A program made the position numbers and the translations under genes. This document shows, in pieces, positions 53,472-62,954 of a DNA stretch of 64,000 nt. The notes under the pieces are model-generated. The model searched no databases. It was not told the origin of the DNA and worked only from the letters and a program-made list of their open reading frames with translations. Each line of letters opens with the position of its first letter. The first letter of the stretch is position 1. Origin of the DNA: Acidobacteriota bacterium (lineage in GTDB: Bacteria > Acidobacteriota > Vicinamibacteria > Vicinamibacterales > CAVVIG01); NCBI GenBank assembly GCA_016195265.1, contig JACPZW010000073.1, forward strand, positions 4,798 through 68,797, given 5' to 3'.

Positions 53472-54151
53472 ACACCGCCCACGAGCTGGACGCCTGGGAA
53501 CGCGCCTACCGGGACTTCGAGACCCCGGCCGGGGAGATGCGCAAGTTCGGGCGCCGGTTGCACGCGCTCGGCGCGGACCGGCTCGATCTGTCGTCGCGCA
53601 TCCTGGAAATCTGCTGCGGGCGGGGCAACGCGCTCATCGCCTGGCAGCGCCTGGGGTTCCGCCGCGCGGTCGGGCTGGATCTGTCCTACGCGCTGCTGCG
53701 CCTGTCGAACGCCGGCGCGCCCCGGATCGTCGGCGACGTCCGCGCGATGCCCGTGGCCGACGCGTCGCAGGACATCGTCGCGGTCCACGGAGGGTTGCAT
53801 CATCTTCGGTCGCTCGAGGATCTCGAGGCGACGCTGGGTGAAATGCGCCGCGTGATCCGGCCCGGCGGGCACATCGTCATCGTGGAGCCGTGGTCGACGC
53901 CGTTTCTGACCGCGGTCCACGCGCTGTCGCGTCAGCCGCTGATCAGGCGGCTCTGGCAGAAGATGGACGCGTTCGAACGCATGTACGAACACGAGCAGAA
54001 GACCTACGACGCGTGGCTCGGACAGCCGGATGCGATCCTCGCGTTGGTGCACCGATATCTCACACCGCTCGTCCTTCATCGACGCTGGGGCAAGCTGATG
54101 GTGCTGGCGCGCCGCGCGCCGGAGCGGACGGGAGCGCGGCGTGTCCGGTAG
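53468..54151 (+). CDS. Class I SAM-dependent methyltransferase
   Basis: ILEICCGRGNAL (motif I), DIVAVHGGLHHL, IRPGGHIVIVEP. ATGA overlap at 53468. Confidence 0.75.
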   Translation: MNTAHELDAWERAYRDFETPAGEMRKFGRRLHALGADRLDLSSRILEICCGRGNALIAWQRLGFRRAVGLDLSYALLRLSNAGAPRIVGDVRAMPVADASQDIVAVHGGLHHLRSLEDLEATLGEMRRVIRPGGHIVIVEPWSTPFLTAVHALSRQPLIRRLWQKMDAFERMYEHEQKTYDAWLGQPDAILALVHRYLTPLVLHRRWGKLMVLARRAPERTGARRVR

Positions 54152-55406
54152 GACGCCGACGCCGCGCGCGGTGTGGATCGCGACGATCGTCGCCTGCGCC
54201 ATCCGGCTTGTGTTCGTGCTCGGGTATCCGCAGTTCGGCGCGTGTCCGGATTGCCAGGTCTACGATCGCCTCGCGACGAACCTGCTGGCCGGCAAGGGAC
54301 TCGTGGGCGGCACGTCGGACGACCCGATGTTCGCGGACATCCGCGACGGCGCCAGCGCACCGGAAGTCGGCTTCGGGCCGGTTTATCCCGCGTTTCTCGC
54401 CGCGATCTACGCGACCGTGGGCCATCACATCACGGCGGTGCGGATCGCGCAGGCGTTTCTCGGAGCGCTCATCGTGCCGCTCGCATGGTGGCTCACGATG
54501 GTGGCGTTCGGCGGCGCGCCGGGGATCGTCTGCGCGTGGCTGGTCGCGCTCTCACCGCCGCTCGTGATGTACACGGGCATGGTCCTCACCGAGAACCTGT
54601 CCGTGGCGCTGCTCCTCGCGTCGATGTGCCTGCTCCTGCGGGCGCTGCCGCGCCGGACGCCGACGGCGTTCGTGTTCGCCGGCGTTGCGCTGGGCGCGCT
54701 GATCCTTCTGCGCGAGGAAATGATTCTGTTGCTGCCCGCGTTCGCGGGCCTGGTCTGGTGGAAAGGGCGCCCGCAGCCCGCCTGGACCGGCATCGCCGCG
54801 TTCGTGCTGGCGACGCTCGTCTGCATCGGCGCCTGGACGGTCCGCAACTACGTGCTGTTCCGGCAGCCGATCCTCATCTCCGTGCACGGCGGCGAGCAAC
54901 TGTGGATCTCGGCGAAGGGCTGGAGCGAGTGGCATTTCGACGATCCGGATCTGCGCAGGCTCGTGAGCGGCCGGAGTTACGTCGAGCGCAACGCGGCGAT
55001 GCAACAGGACGCGTTGCGAATCATCGCCGAGTCGCCCGGCCGGTTTCTCGTCTTCTGCTTTCAGCGCCTGCCGATGCTGTGGATCTCGAGTCACACCACG
55101 TACGTTCGCGGCCTGACCGAAAGCTTCCGCATGTACCTCGACCGCGGCGCGTACCTGCGCGTCGCCACGAAGGCGGCGTTGTTCGTCATCCAGATCGCGC
55201 TTCTGCTGCTCGCGGCGCGAGGCGCCTTCCTGGCCAGGGCGTTCACCGAGTCACCGCTCGCGGCGTGGATGCTGGCGATGCCGATCGCGGCGCTCACGGC
55301 CGTGCACTTCGTCATTTTCGCGACGCCGCGGTATCAGATCCCGGCCCTGCCGTTCGTCATGGCGTTCGCCGCGCTCGCCGTCACACGCGCGCGCCGGAGC
55401 GCGTAG
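54141..55406 (+). CDS. Polytopic GT-C glycosyltransferase, ArnT/PMT-like (paralogue of 50953-52233)
   Basis: IRLVFVLGYPQFGACPDCQVYDRLATNLLAGKGL...PVYPAFLAAIYATVG. GTG start 54141. Confidence 0.8.
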   Translation: MSGRTPTPRAVWIATIVACAIRLVFVLGYPQFGACPDCQVYDRLATNLLAGKGLVGGTSDDPMFADIRDGASAPEVGFGPVYPAFLAAIYATVGHHITAVRIAQAFLGALIVPLAWWLTMVAFGGAPGIVCAWLVALSPPLVMYTGMVLTENLSVALLLASMCLLLRALPRRTPTAFVFAGVALGALILLREEMILLLPAFAGLVWWKGRPQPAWTGIAAFVLATLVCIGAWTVRNYVLFRQPILISVHGGEQLWISAKGWSEWHFDDPDLRRLVSGRSYVERNAAMQQDALRIIAESPGRFLVFCFQRLPMLWISSHTTYVRGLTESFRMYLDRGAYLRVATKAALFVIQIALLLLAARGAFLARAFTESPLAAWMLAMPIAALTAVHFVIFATPRYQIPALPFVMAFAALAVTRARRSA

Positions 55407-55419
55407 ACTGACGTCTGGC

Positions 55420-56742
55420 ATGCGCTGGCGGATCACGCTCCCGCGGCTCGTGATGATGATCCTCACCGTCGCGGCGCTCGTCCGCTTTGGCGCCGCGGCC
55501 CGCAGCGGCCTGACGCTGGTAGGCGGGGATTTCTATCAGACGCTGCCGGGCCCGTACGTGGAGCGCGTCAACCCCGCGCTGTGGAACAGCCCCGATCTCG
55601 CAGGCAGCGCGGCGTTCCACAAGGACTACTACTTGTACGGCCCCGTGCAGTACCTGACGCTGTATCCCATCGCCTATCTGCGCTCGTACGCCGACATTGC
55701 GAAAGTGCTGCTCGTCATCTACACGCTGCTGATTGCGGCCATCGTCGTCGTGCTCTGGCGCACGATGGTCGCGCGCGAGCCCGGCCGGCGCGTCGGCGTG
55801 CTCCCGGCGCTGTGCGCCGTGCTGTTCTTCGCACCGTTGATCCAGTGCTACGTGCAGCGCGAGTTCGAAACCGTGACGTTTCTGATCTGGACTGCGGGCG
55901 CCTTCTTCCTCGTGACGGAGCGCGAGACGCTTGGCGGCGCGGCGGTGGGATACGTCACGTGGTTCAAGCTGCTGCCCGTCGGCTTTCTGCCGTACTTCGC
56001 GCTGCGCCGGTCCGGCCGCGCCGTGATCGGATTCGTCGCGGCCTCGGCCGTGGTGCTGGCGATCACCCACGCGACGTTCGGACTGAACAACTTCCTGATG
56101 TTCAGCGTGTCGCGCACGATCAACGACGAATCGACGTCGCAGCACATCGTCGGCGCCCAGTTCAGGCCGCTCATCGGCGCGCCGGCGACGTTCTACCTCG
56201 ATCCGCGCAAGTCACCCGGCTACATCGGCACGGGGTTTTGCGACGACTGGAACGAGACGAACGACACGATCATCAGCGTCCGTTGGGCGCTCTGCGGACT
56301 GCATCTGCGGCACGCCTGGCTGCCGAGCCGCGAGCTGTTCTGGGCCATCTCGCTCGCGATCGGCGCGCTGTTTCTGACGGCGTTCGTCCGCCACGAGCGC
56401 AGTCTGGCGACACACATCGAGACCAAATGGCGGGGCATCTGGGAACTCTCGCTGGTGCTCATGGCCAGCGTCGTCCTCGTGCGCGCGCATTTCTACTATC
56501 TGATCGTGCTGCTGTTTCCGCTCGTCGCCCTGCTCTACCGCTATCTCATGTATCGGCCGCACTGGACGCGCGTGGCGGCGCTGGCTTTCTCTTACGTCGT
56601 GCTGTCGGCGTTCGTCGTGCCGCTGTCGGTGACGAGCGCCGTGGTTGGACGCGACATGTGGCATTTCTACATGCAGGCCAACATCTACTTCTACGGTGAG
56701 ATGACCTTGTTCGGACTGCTGCTCGCGGAGTACTGGCTCTAG
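55420..56742 (+). CDS. Polytopic membrane protein, GT-C superfamily (GT87/DUF2029-like); paralogue of 26400-27800
   Basis: YYLYGPVQYLTLYPIAYL...FFAPLIQCYVQREFETVTFL...GYVTWFKLLPVGFL. Confidence 0.7.
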   Translation: MRWRITLPRLVMMILTVAALVRFGAAARSGLTLVGGDFYQTLPGPYVERVNPALWNSPDLAGSAAFHKDYYLYGPVQYLTLYPIAYLRSYADIAKVLLVIYTLLIAAIVVVLWRTMVAREPGRRVGVLPALCAVLFFAPLIQCYVQREFETVTFLIWTAGAFFLVTERETLGGAAVGYVTWFKLLPVGFLPYFALRRSGRAVIGFVAASAVVLAITHATFGLNNFLMFSVSRTINDESTSQHIVGAQFRPLIGAPATFYLDPRKSPGYIGTGFCDDWNETNDTIISVRWALCGLHLRHAWLPSRELFWAISLAIGALFLTAFVRHERSLATHIETKWRGIWELSLVLMASVVLVRAHFYYLIVLLFPLVALLYRYLMYRPHWTRVAALAFSYVVLSAFVVPLSVTSAVVGRDMWHFYMQANIYFYGEMTLFGLLLAEYWL

Positions 56743-56746
56743 GCTC

Positions 56747-57937
56747 GTGACGGCTCCCGCACCGACCCGCGTGCTTCGCGTCATCACCCGACTGAACATC
56801 GGCGGACCGGCGATTCAAGCCACGCGGCTCTCGACCAGCCTCGATGCCGAGGGATTCGACACGCTCCTGATCCACGGCCGCCTCGGCGAGGGTGAAGGCG
56901 ACATGAGCTACCTGCTGGCCGATCGCGGATCGCGCACGCAGTACCTTGATCTCCTGCAGCGGCCGATCGCGCCGTGGGCCGACGCGCGGGCCACCGTCGC
57001 CCTGTACCAGGCCATGCGCAGGTTCAGGCCGCACGTCCTGCACACGCACATGGCGAAAGCGGGGCTGTTGGGACGCGTCGCCGCGGTGGCGTTCAACCTG
57101 ACGCACCCGTCCTCGCGCGTCCGCGTGATCCACACCTACCACGGCCACGTGCTCGAGGGGTATTTCTCCGGTCCGACGACGCAGCTGTTCGTCGCGCTGG
57201 AGCGCCTGCTCGCCAGGGCGACCGATCGACTGATCGCGGTCTCCGCCCGCGTGCGCGAGGATCTGCTCCATCGCTATCGGATCGGCTCGCCGCCGATGTT
57301 CACGGTGGTCCCGCTCGGCCTCGATCTCGACGCGTTTGCCGCAATCGACGAAGGGACGCGGGCAGAAGCGCGCCGCGCGCTCGACATCGCGGGAGGCATT
57401 CCGGTGATTACGACCGTCGGCCGTCTGACGGCGATCAAGAATCACCCGCTGTTCCTGGACATGGCGCAGCGAATCGCGCGCACGCGACCCGACGCGGTGT
57501 TTCTCATCGCCGGCGGCGGCGAACTGCGCGATCAGCTCGAAGCGGAGGCGCGCCGGCGCGGGCTGGCCGAACGCGTCCGCTTCCTCGGGTGGCGTCGCGA
57601 CCTCGCGACGGTGTACGGGGCGACGGATGTCTTCGTCATCACGTCGAAGAACGAGGGCACGCCCGTGGCGCTGATCGAAGCCATGGCGTCGGGCGTCCCC
57701 GGCGTGTCGACCGACGTCGGCGGCGTGCGCGACGTGATCGCCGACGCGACGCTGGGGCGCGTGGTCCGGCCCGACGACGCGGAGGCGCTTGCGCGGGAGG
57801 TGACGGGCCTTCTCGACAATCGCGCGGCGCGCGAGGCCATCGCGTCGGCCGCGCGGCAGGCGGCGGTGAGCCGCTTCGGAGTCCGCCGGCTGAGCGCGGA
57901 CATCGCGGCGCTCTACCGCGAGGTCCTGGCGCGCTGA
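56747..57937 (+). CDS. GT4-family (GT-B fold) glycosyltransferase
   Basis: VLRVITRLNIGGPA...VGRLTAIKNH...IAGGGELR...TSKNEGTPVALIEAMASGVPGVSTDVGG. GTG start. Confidence 0.8.
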   Translation: MTAPAPTRVLRVITRLNIGGPAIQATRLSTSLDAEGFDTLLIHGRLGEGEGDMSYLLADRGSRTQYLDLLQRPIAPWADARATVALYQAMRRFRPHVLHTHMAKAGLLGRVAAVAFNLTHPSSRVRVIHTYHGHVLEGYFSGPTTQLFVALERLLARATDRLIAVSARVREDLLHRYRIGSPPMFTVVPLGLDLDAFAAIDEGTRAEARRALDIAGGIPVITTVGRLTAIKNHPLFLDMAQRIARTRPDAVFLIAGGGELRDQLEAEARRRGLAERVRFLGWRRDLATVYGATDVFVITSKNEGTPVALIEAMASGVPGVSTDVGGVRDVIADATLGRVVRPDDAEALAREVTGLLDNRAAREAIASAARQAAVSRFGVRRLSADIAALYREVLAR

Positions 57938-57940
57938 TCC

Positions 57941-58023
57941 GTAGGCCGGGGCCTTTCGGTTTTGTAGGCCGGGGTCCTTTCGGACCCGGCGTGGTCTGGC
58001 GGGTCCAAAAGGACCCGCCCTAC
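57941..58023. repeat. REP-type hairpins between convergent genes
   Basis: GTAGGCCGGGGCCTTTCGG (degenerate), GTAGGCCGGGGTCCtttcGGACCCGGC, GGCGGGTCCaaaaGGACCCGCCCTAC. Confidence 0.8.
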
Positions 58024-59054
58024 ATCTGCCCCGCCAGCTCCAGCACGGCCGGCGCCAGCGCGCGGCCAATCAGCGCGTTCCCGCGCTCGGTTAGGTGCAT
58101 CCCGTCCCAGCACATCGCCGGATCGCGGACGCTGAGCGCGTCGCCGAGATTCACGTACTTGACCTTCGGATTCGAGCCGTAGCGTCGCGCCAGCATCCCG
58201 CGCAGTTCTTCCTGCTGCGCGCGATGGCTGTGCTCGAGATAGGGCTGCGTCACGACAAGGACCCGGCTCTGTCGCGCGAGCGCGGCCTCGATGCCGAGAT
58301 GGACGCTGTGGCAGTAGAACCGCCAGTACTGGCTGCAGCCGTCGTCGTCCGGAACCCGCGGGCTGGCTTCGGGCCGCCATTTGGCGGCCTGCGCTTCGAT
58401 CGAATCGTAGAGCGCGACGGACGCCTGCAACAGCGCCGCCTCGGTGCGAGCGACGGCGTTCGGCCGGAACGTCGTCTTCTCGTCGCGATACGCCGCACGG
58501 ATGTCTCCCGTGCGAAGCGTCCGCATCTTTTCGGTCGCCACGATGGGCAGCATCGGAAAGTAGCCGAACCACCGGAAGAGCGCGGCGTCTCTGCGCCGCT
58601 CCGACAGATTGGCGCCGCCCAGATCGTTGTAGCCCTCGTAGAGGACCGTCAGGTCGTATTTGAGATACGCATAGTCGGCGAGCGTGTACTGGAAGGCGTG
58701 AGCGCCCTCGTTGCTGAATCCCAGGTTCACGACACGGAACCGCGACGCGTCGCGCGTCCCGGCGGCATTGAGCGCCAGCTCGAGCCGGTACGGAAACGCA
58801 GCCTCGGGAGGCAGGCCGTAGCCGAGCACGGTGCTGCCGCCTACCGCCACGACACGAATCTCGCCCGGACGCTTGCGGCCGACGATCTCGCCGCGGTAGC
58901 CCCAGATGTTGGAGCCCGTCTTGTCGAACTTCCCATGGAGGTACACGTCGATAGCCAGCAGCGTCGCGCACAGCAGGACGACCGAGAGCGTTACGCTCAG
59001 TAGCGCGAACACGACGAAGCGACGGCGGCTGATCGGACGGCGCGGTGCGCTCAT
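58020..59054 (-). CDS. Membrane-anchored SGNH/GDSL-like protein (third paralogue)
   Basis: N-terminal TM, then WGYRGEI...VVAVGGSTVLGYGL, NLGFSNEGAHAF, VLYEGYNDL, CWDGMHLT. ATGA overlap at 59051-59054. Confidence 0.7.
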   Translation of the reverse strand: MSAPRRPISRRRFVVFALLSVTLSVVLLCATLLAIDVYLHGKFDKTGSNIWGYRGEIVGRKRPGEIRVVAVGGSTVLGYGLPPEAAFPYRLELALNAAGTRDASRFRVVNLGFSNEGAHAFQYTLADYAYLKYDLTVLYEGYNDLGGANLSERRRDAALFRWFGYFPMLPIVATEKMRTLRTGDIRAAYRDEKTTFRPNAVARTEAALLQASVALYDSIEAQAAKWRPEASPRVPDDDGCSQYWRFYCHSVHLGIEAALARQSRVLVVTQPYLEHSHRAQQEELRGMLARRYGSNPKVKYVNLGDALSVRDPAMCWDGMHLTERGNALIGRALAPAVLELAGQM

Positions 59055-60334
59055 ATCGCGCCGATGATCCGCACGTCCGGCAACGGTACGATGAAACGGC
59101 CGCCGCCGTGAAGAAAGTCCTGCTCCTTGCGGACGATCTCAGGCTCGTAGTTCCACGCCGTCATGATGGCGTAGTTGGGCGGATTCGCGTGGAACGGCTC
59201 CGGCGGCACGATCGGAATCGACACGCCTGGCACGTACTTGCCGGAGCGCAGCGGCGACATGTCGAGGACGTACTCGACCAGATCGGGTCCGAGGCCGCAG
59301 AAGTTCAGCAGAATCGTCGAGCGGCCGGCGGCGCCGTAGCCGACGACGCGGCGGCCGGCGCGGCGCAGGTCGACGACGAGGTGGCGCAGCGACTGCCGGC
59401 GCGCTTCGACCTGCTCGCCGAACCGATCGACCTTCCACGCGCGCTCGGCCTCGAGCATCTGCGCGACGATGGGCGCGGGCTGGCGCGGCGTGTTCGCGCG
59501 CGCGGCCGTGACGCGGATCGAGCCGGCGTGGATGGGAATGCGCTTCACGTCGACAATCCGGAGGCCGTGGGTGTCGAGCAGCCGCGCGAGCGCCGTCAGC
59601 GAGTGATAACAGGTGTGCTCGTGGTAGACGGTGTCGTACTGGACGAGCGCGAGCAGGTCGCCCTGATACTGCACTTCGAAAATGAAGACGCCGTCATCCT
59701 CGAGCAGCGCGGTCACGCCGCGGACGATGGCGTGCAGGTCGTCGACGTGCGCGAAGACGTTGTTGCCCGTGACGATGCGCGCCGGCCCATGCGCCGCTTT
59801 CACACGCGCGGCGGCCGTGTCGTCGAAATAGGCCTGCACCAGCGGCCAGCCGTCCTCGCGGCTCGCACGCAGCGCGACGTCCGACGGGTCCACGCCGACG
59901 ACGCGGGCGCCCGCCGCGCGCAGCGGACGGATCAGGACACCGTCGTTGCAGCCGAACTCGACGACCAGCCGTCCGGCCGCGCCCTCGGCGGCCACGATCT
60001 CGGCGCCCATTTCGGCGAAGTGATCGATGAGCGTCCGCGTCGTGCTGGACACGTACGAGTACTGCGTGAAGATGTCGGCCGGCGGCACGACGTCGAGAAT
60101 CTGCATCAGCGTGCACTCGGCGCAGCGCGCGAGCCGGAGCGGAAACGCGGTCTGATAGGCGAGCTCGTCGCGGGTCAGAAATCCGCCGGCGAGCGGCATG
60201 TCGCCGTAGTCGACGAGCAGCACGAGCCGATCCGACCCGCAGATGCGGCAGGTCGTGCGCGTGGTGACGCGTGTCCCCTGGAGACCCCGGTGCGGCGCGA
60301 CGACGGGCGGCTGCGGCGATCGCGGGTCGCTCAC
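59051..60334 (-). CDS. Nucleotide-sugar C-methyltransferase (TylC3-like: Zn-ribbon + class I MTase + C-terminal domain)
   Basis: CRICGSDRL...CAECTLMQ (Cys4), VVEFGCNDGVL, NVFAHVDDL, VYHEHTCYHS. Tentative GTG start 60334 (GTGA overlap). Confidence 0.75.
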   Translation of the reverse strand: MSDPRSPQPPVVAPHRGLQGTRVTTRTTCRICGSDRLVLLVDYGDMPLAGGFLTRDELAYQTAFPLRLARCAECTLMQILDVVPPADIFTQYSYVSSTTRTLIDHFAEMGAEIVAAEGAAGRLVVEFGCNDGVLIRPLRAAGARVVGVDPSDVALRASREDGWPLVQAYFDDTAAARVKAAHGPARIVTGNNVFAHVDDLHAIVRGVTALLEDDGVFIFEVQYQGDLLALVQYDTVYHEHTCYHSLTALARLLDTHGLRIVDVKRIPIHAGSIRVTAARANTPRQPAPIVAQMLEAERAWKVDRFGEQVEARRQSLRHLVVDLRRAGRRVVGYGAAGRSTILLNFCGLGPDLVEYVLDMSPLRSGKYVPGVSIPIVPPEPFHANPPNYAIMTAWNYEPEIVRKEQDFLHGGGRFIVPLPDVRIIGAI

Positions 60335-61590
60335 AGGATTCTCGGCGTCGGCAGCGGGACGATGAATCGGCCCTTGAATCCCTTGGCGGTCAGCTTCGGC
60401 GCGAGCTCCTCGGCGATGTGCCAGGACAGCAGCAGCGCGTACTCCGGCTGATCCTCGAACAGCCGCGCCTCGTCCACGACGGGAATCAGCGTGCCCGGCA
60501 TGTACTTCCCGACCTTGTACGAGTCCTTTACTTCGAGGACGCAATCGACGATGCCATCGTCGAGGCCGGCGTAGTTGATCAGCGTGCTGGCGCGCGACGG
60601 CGCGCCGATGCCGAAGATGCGCGCGCCCTTCTGCTTCAGATCCTTCAGCAGTGCATGCAGGCCGAGCTTGGACTGGACGACGTCGCGCTTGAATCGCGCG
60701 AGCCGATCCGGCCATGCGCCGGCGGACCGCTCCTCGGCGAGGACCGCGGCCACCGACGGCTGCACCGGCCGTGTACCCTTTCGCGCGGAATACACGCGAA
60801 TCGATCCGCCGTGCGTCGGGATCCGCTTCGCGTGAATCACTTCGAGGCCGTGGCGCTCGAGCAGGAATTTCAGGCTGTGCAGCGAGTAGTACCGCAGGTG
60901 CTCGTGATAGATCGTGTCGTACTGCACCGTTTCGAGCAGGCTCATCAGGTAGTGCGATTCCGAGATGAACATGCCGTCCGGCTTCAGCATGGTCAGGATG
61001 CTGTCGACGATCTCGTGCACGTGCTCGATGTGGGCGAACACGTTCGTCGCCGTCACGATCGTCGCCGGGCCATCCTCCGCGCGCGCGCGCGCCGCAGCCT
61101 CGGGGCCGAAGAACGACATCGTGGTCGGGATGCCGCGCTCGTTGGCCACGTTCGCCATCAGCGTCGGCTCGATGCCGCGCACGCGGTGGCCGCCGTTCTT
61201 GAAGTTGCCGAGCAGCGTCCCGTCGTTCGACCCGACGTCGACGACGAGGTCCGCCGGCGTCAGCGGCAGGATCTGCCGGCAGTCCGTGTAGAGCTCGGCG
61301 AAATTCTCGCGGAGGATCTTCGTCGTGCCGCTCGTGTACGGGTACTCGGGCGGAAACAGGACCGCGGGATCCACGATCAAACCGAGCTGCACGAGCTCGC
61401 AGCGCGGGCAGTACAGAAACTCTGCGGGATACGCCGGCTGCTCGTGCGGACGCTGGCCGATGGGCCGCATCTGGTTGACGGGCGGCAGGTAGCCGATGAA
61501 CAGGGCCGACTGCAGGTCGGGGTTGTCGCACACCTGGCACCGATCGACGACGACGCTCGATCCGGTGCCGGCAGCGCGGGGCGCGGTCAT
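60331..61590 (-). CDS. Nucleotide-sugar C-methyltransferase (tandem paralogue)
   Basis: CQVCDNPDL...CPRCELVQ, VVDVGSNDGTL, NVFAHIEHV, IYHEHLRYYS. ATGA overlap at 61587-61590. Confidence 0.75.
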   Translation of the reverse strand: MTAPRAAGTGSSVVVDRCQVCDNPDLQSALFIGYLPPVNQMRPIGQRPHEQPAYPAEFLYCPRCELVQLGLIVDPAVLFPPEYPYTSGTTKILRENFAELYTDCRQILPLTPADLVVDVGSNDGTLLGNFKNGGHRVRGIEPTLMANVANERGIPTTMSFFGPEAAARARAEDGPATIVTATNVFAHIEHVHEIVDSILTMLKPDGMFISESHYLMSLLETVQYDTIYHEHLRYYSLHSLKFLLERHGLEVIHAKRIPTHGGSIRVYSARKGTRPVQPSVAAVLAEERSAGAWPDRLARFKRDVVQSKLGLHALLKDLKQKGARIFGIGAPSRASTLINYAGLDDGIVDCVLEVKDSYKVGKYMPGTLIPVVDEARLFEDQPEYALLLSWHIAEELAPKLTAKGFKGRFIVPLPTPRIL

Positions 61591-62615
61591 AAGGTCACTT
61601 TCCTCACGGTCAAGCCGTTCATGACGTTCATGACGTTGATACCTGCCGGCGCGAGGTGCGCGTGGTCGGCGTACCAGCGCGCGGCGAGCCACAGGCCGTC
61701 GCGAAACGCGATCTTCGGGCGATACCCCAGCGCGGCCATCTTCGCGATGTCCGGACAGCGGCGATCGGTGCCGCCGAGCGCCGCGTCGCTCGGCACGACG
61801 TGAATGCGACGGCCGAAGAACTCGCCGATCATCCGCGACACGTCGCGGATCGCGATCTCCTCCATCGTCCCGACGTGATAGATGCCCAGATGCTCGCCCC
61901 GCTCCATCGCCAGCCGCAGGCCGTCGATGAAATCGTCGATGTAGACGAACGACCGTGTCTGCGCGCCGGTCCCCTGAATCGGAAACGGAATCGGATCGCC
62001 GGCCGTCTCGGCCAGGCGCTTCATCCGCACGACGAGCTGCGGGATCACATGTTCCCACCCCATGTCCGGCCCGTACACATTGTGCGGGCGGACGATCACG
62101 ACGCGCATCGGGTGACGGCGTCCGTGATTGATGGCCATCAGCTCGTTGATGATCTTGCCGCCCGCGTACGAGTACCGCGGATTCAGCGGATCGGGTATCG
62201 ACAGCGGCGCGGTCTCGTCCGTCGGGACGCGCGGCGGCGATTGATACACCTCCGAGCTCGACGTGAGGATCAGCTCGCCGACGCCGGCCGCCGTGCACGC
62301 GTCCAGCACGTTCGACATCCCCTTCACGGCGACGTCGAGCACGAGATCGGGCTGCGAGTAGAAGAACGCAGTTCCGTTGATGAACGCCAAATGGCACACC
62401 GAGTCGACGCCGTCGACCGCGGCGGCCACGGCGCGCGCATCACGAATGTCGCCCTCGACGTACTCGAAGCGCTCGTCGAGATCGGCGAGCCGTGCCACCC
62501 GCCCGCGCGAGTTGTTGTCGAACACGCGGACGCGGTGGCCGTCGGCGACGAGCCGGCGCACCAGCGCGCTGCCGAGGAATCCCGTCCCGCCGGTGACCAG
62601 GAAGAAGCGTGGCAT
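61587..62615 (-). CDS. NAD-dependent nucleotide-sugar epimerase/dehydratase (extended SDR)
   Basis: MPRFFLVTGGTGFLGSALVRRL...YAGGKIINE...GTGAQTRSFVYIDD. Start ATG 62615. Confidence 0.8.
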   Translation of the reverse strand: MPRFFLVTGGTGFLGSALVRRLVADGHRVRVFDNNSRGRVARLADLDERFEYVEGDIRDARAVAAAVDGVDSVCHLAFINGTAFFYSQPDLVLDVAVKGMSNVLDACTAAGVGELILTSSSEVYQSPPRVPTDETAPLSIPDPLNPRYSYAGGKIINELMAINHGRRHPMRVVIVRPHNVYGPDMGWEHVIPQLVVRMKRLAETAGDPIPFPIQGTGAQTRSFVYIDDFIDGLRLAMERGEHLGIYHVGTMEEIAIRDVSRMIGEFFGRRIHVVPSDAALGGTDRRCPDIAKMAALGYRPKIAFRDGLWLAARWYADHAHLAPAGINVMNVMNGLTVRKVTL

Positions 62616-62628
62616 CAGAAGAAATGAA

Positions 62629-62945
62629 CCACTGAGGACACGGAGGACACGGAGGAAATCCGCAGAGGAGACACGGAAGAATACAGAGTGAAACGGGCCA
62701 CAGAGGCACAGGGGCACGGAGACAGGAGTCCCGGAGCTTGTGTTCGACGCGGCGCCGCGAAGCGGCGTCGGTCGGCCGAACGCCGGTGCGCAAGCGACGA
62801 CTGTAACTCGGCCTTCGTCGTTTGCGCTCCAGCGTTCGGCCGCCCAGCGCGGCGTGCTCCGCACGCCGCCCGCGTCGAACACCTCTGTGTCTCGGTGTCT
62901 CTGTGGCTATTCACATCTTCTCCGCGTCCTCCGTGTCCTCCGTGG
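62629..62945. repeat. Structured palindromic intergenic element, copy D (most complete; divergent core sequence, same architecture)
   Basis: Outer IR CCACTGAGGACACGGAGGACACGGAGG / CCTCCGTGTCCTCCGTGG. Inner IR GGCCACAGAGGCACAGG... / ...GTGTCTCTGTGGC. Core 62740-62882: perfect 13-bp closing stem GTGTTCGACGCGG/CCGCGTCGAACAC enclosing CGCCGC-gaa-GCGGCG, a ~27-bp imperfect stem and GCGGCGTGC-tcc-GCACGCCGC. Confidence 0.8.
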
Positions 62946-62954
62946 TTACTCATC

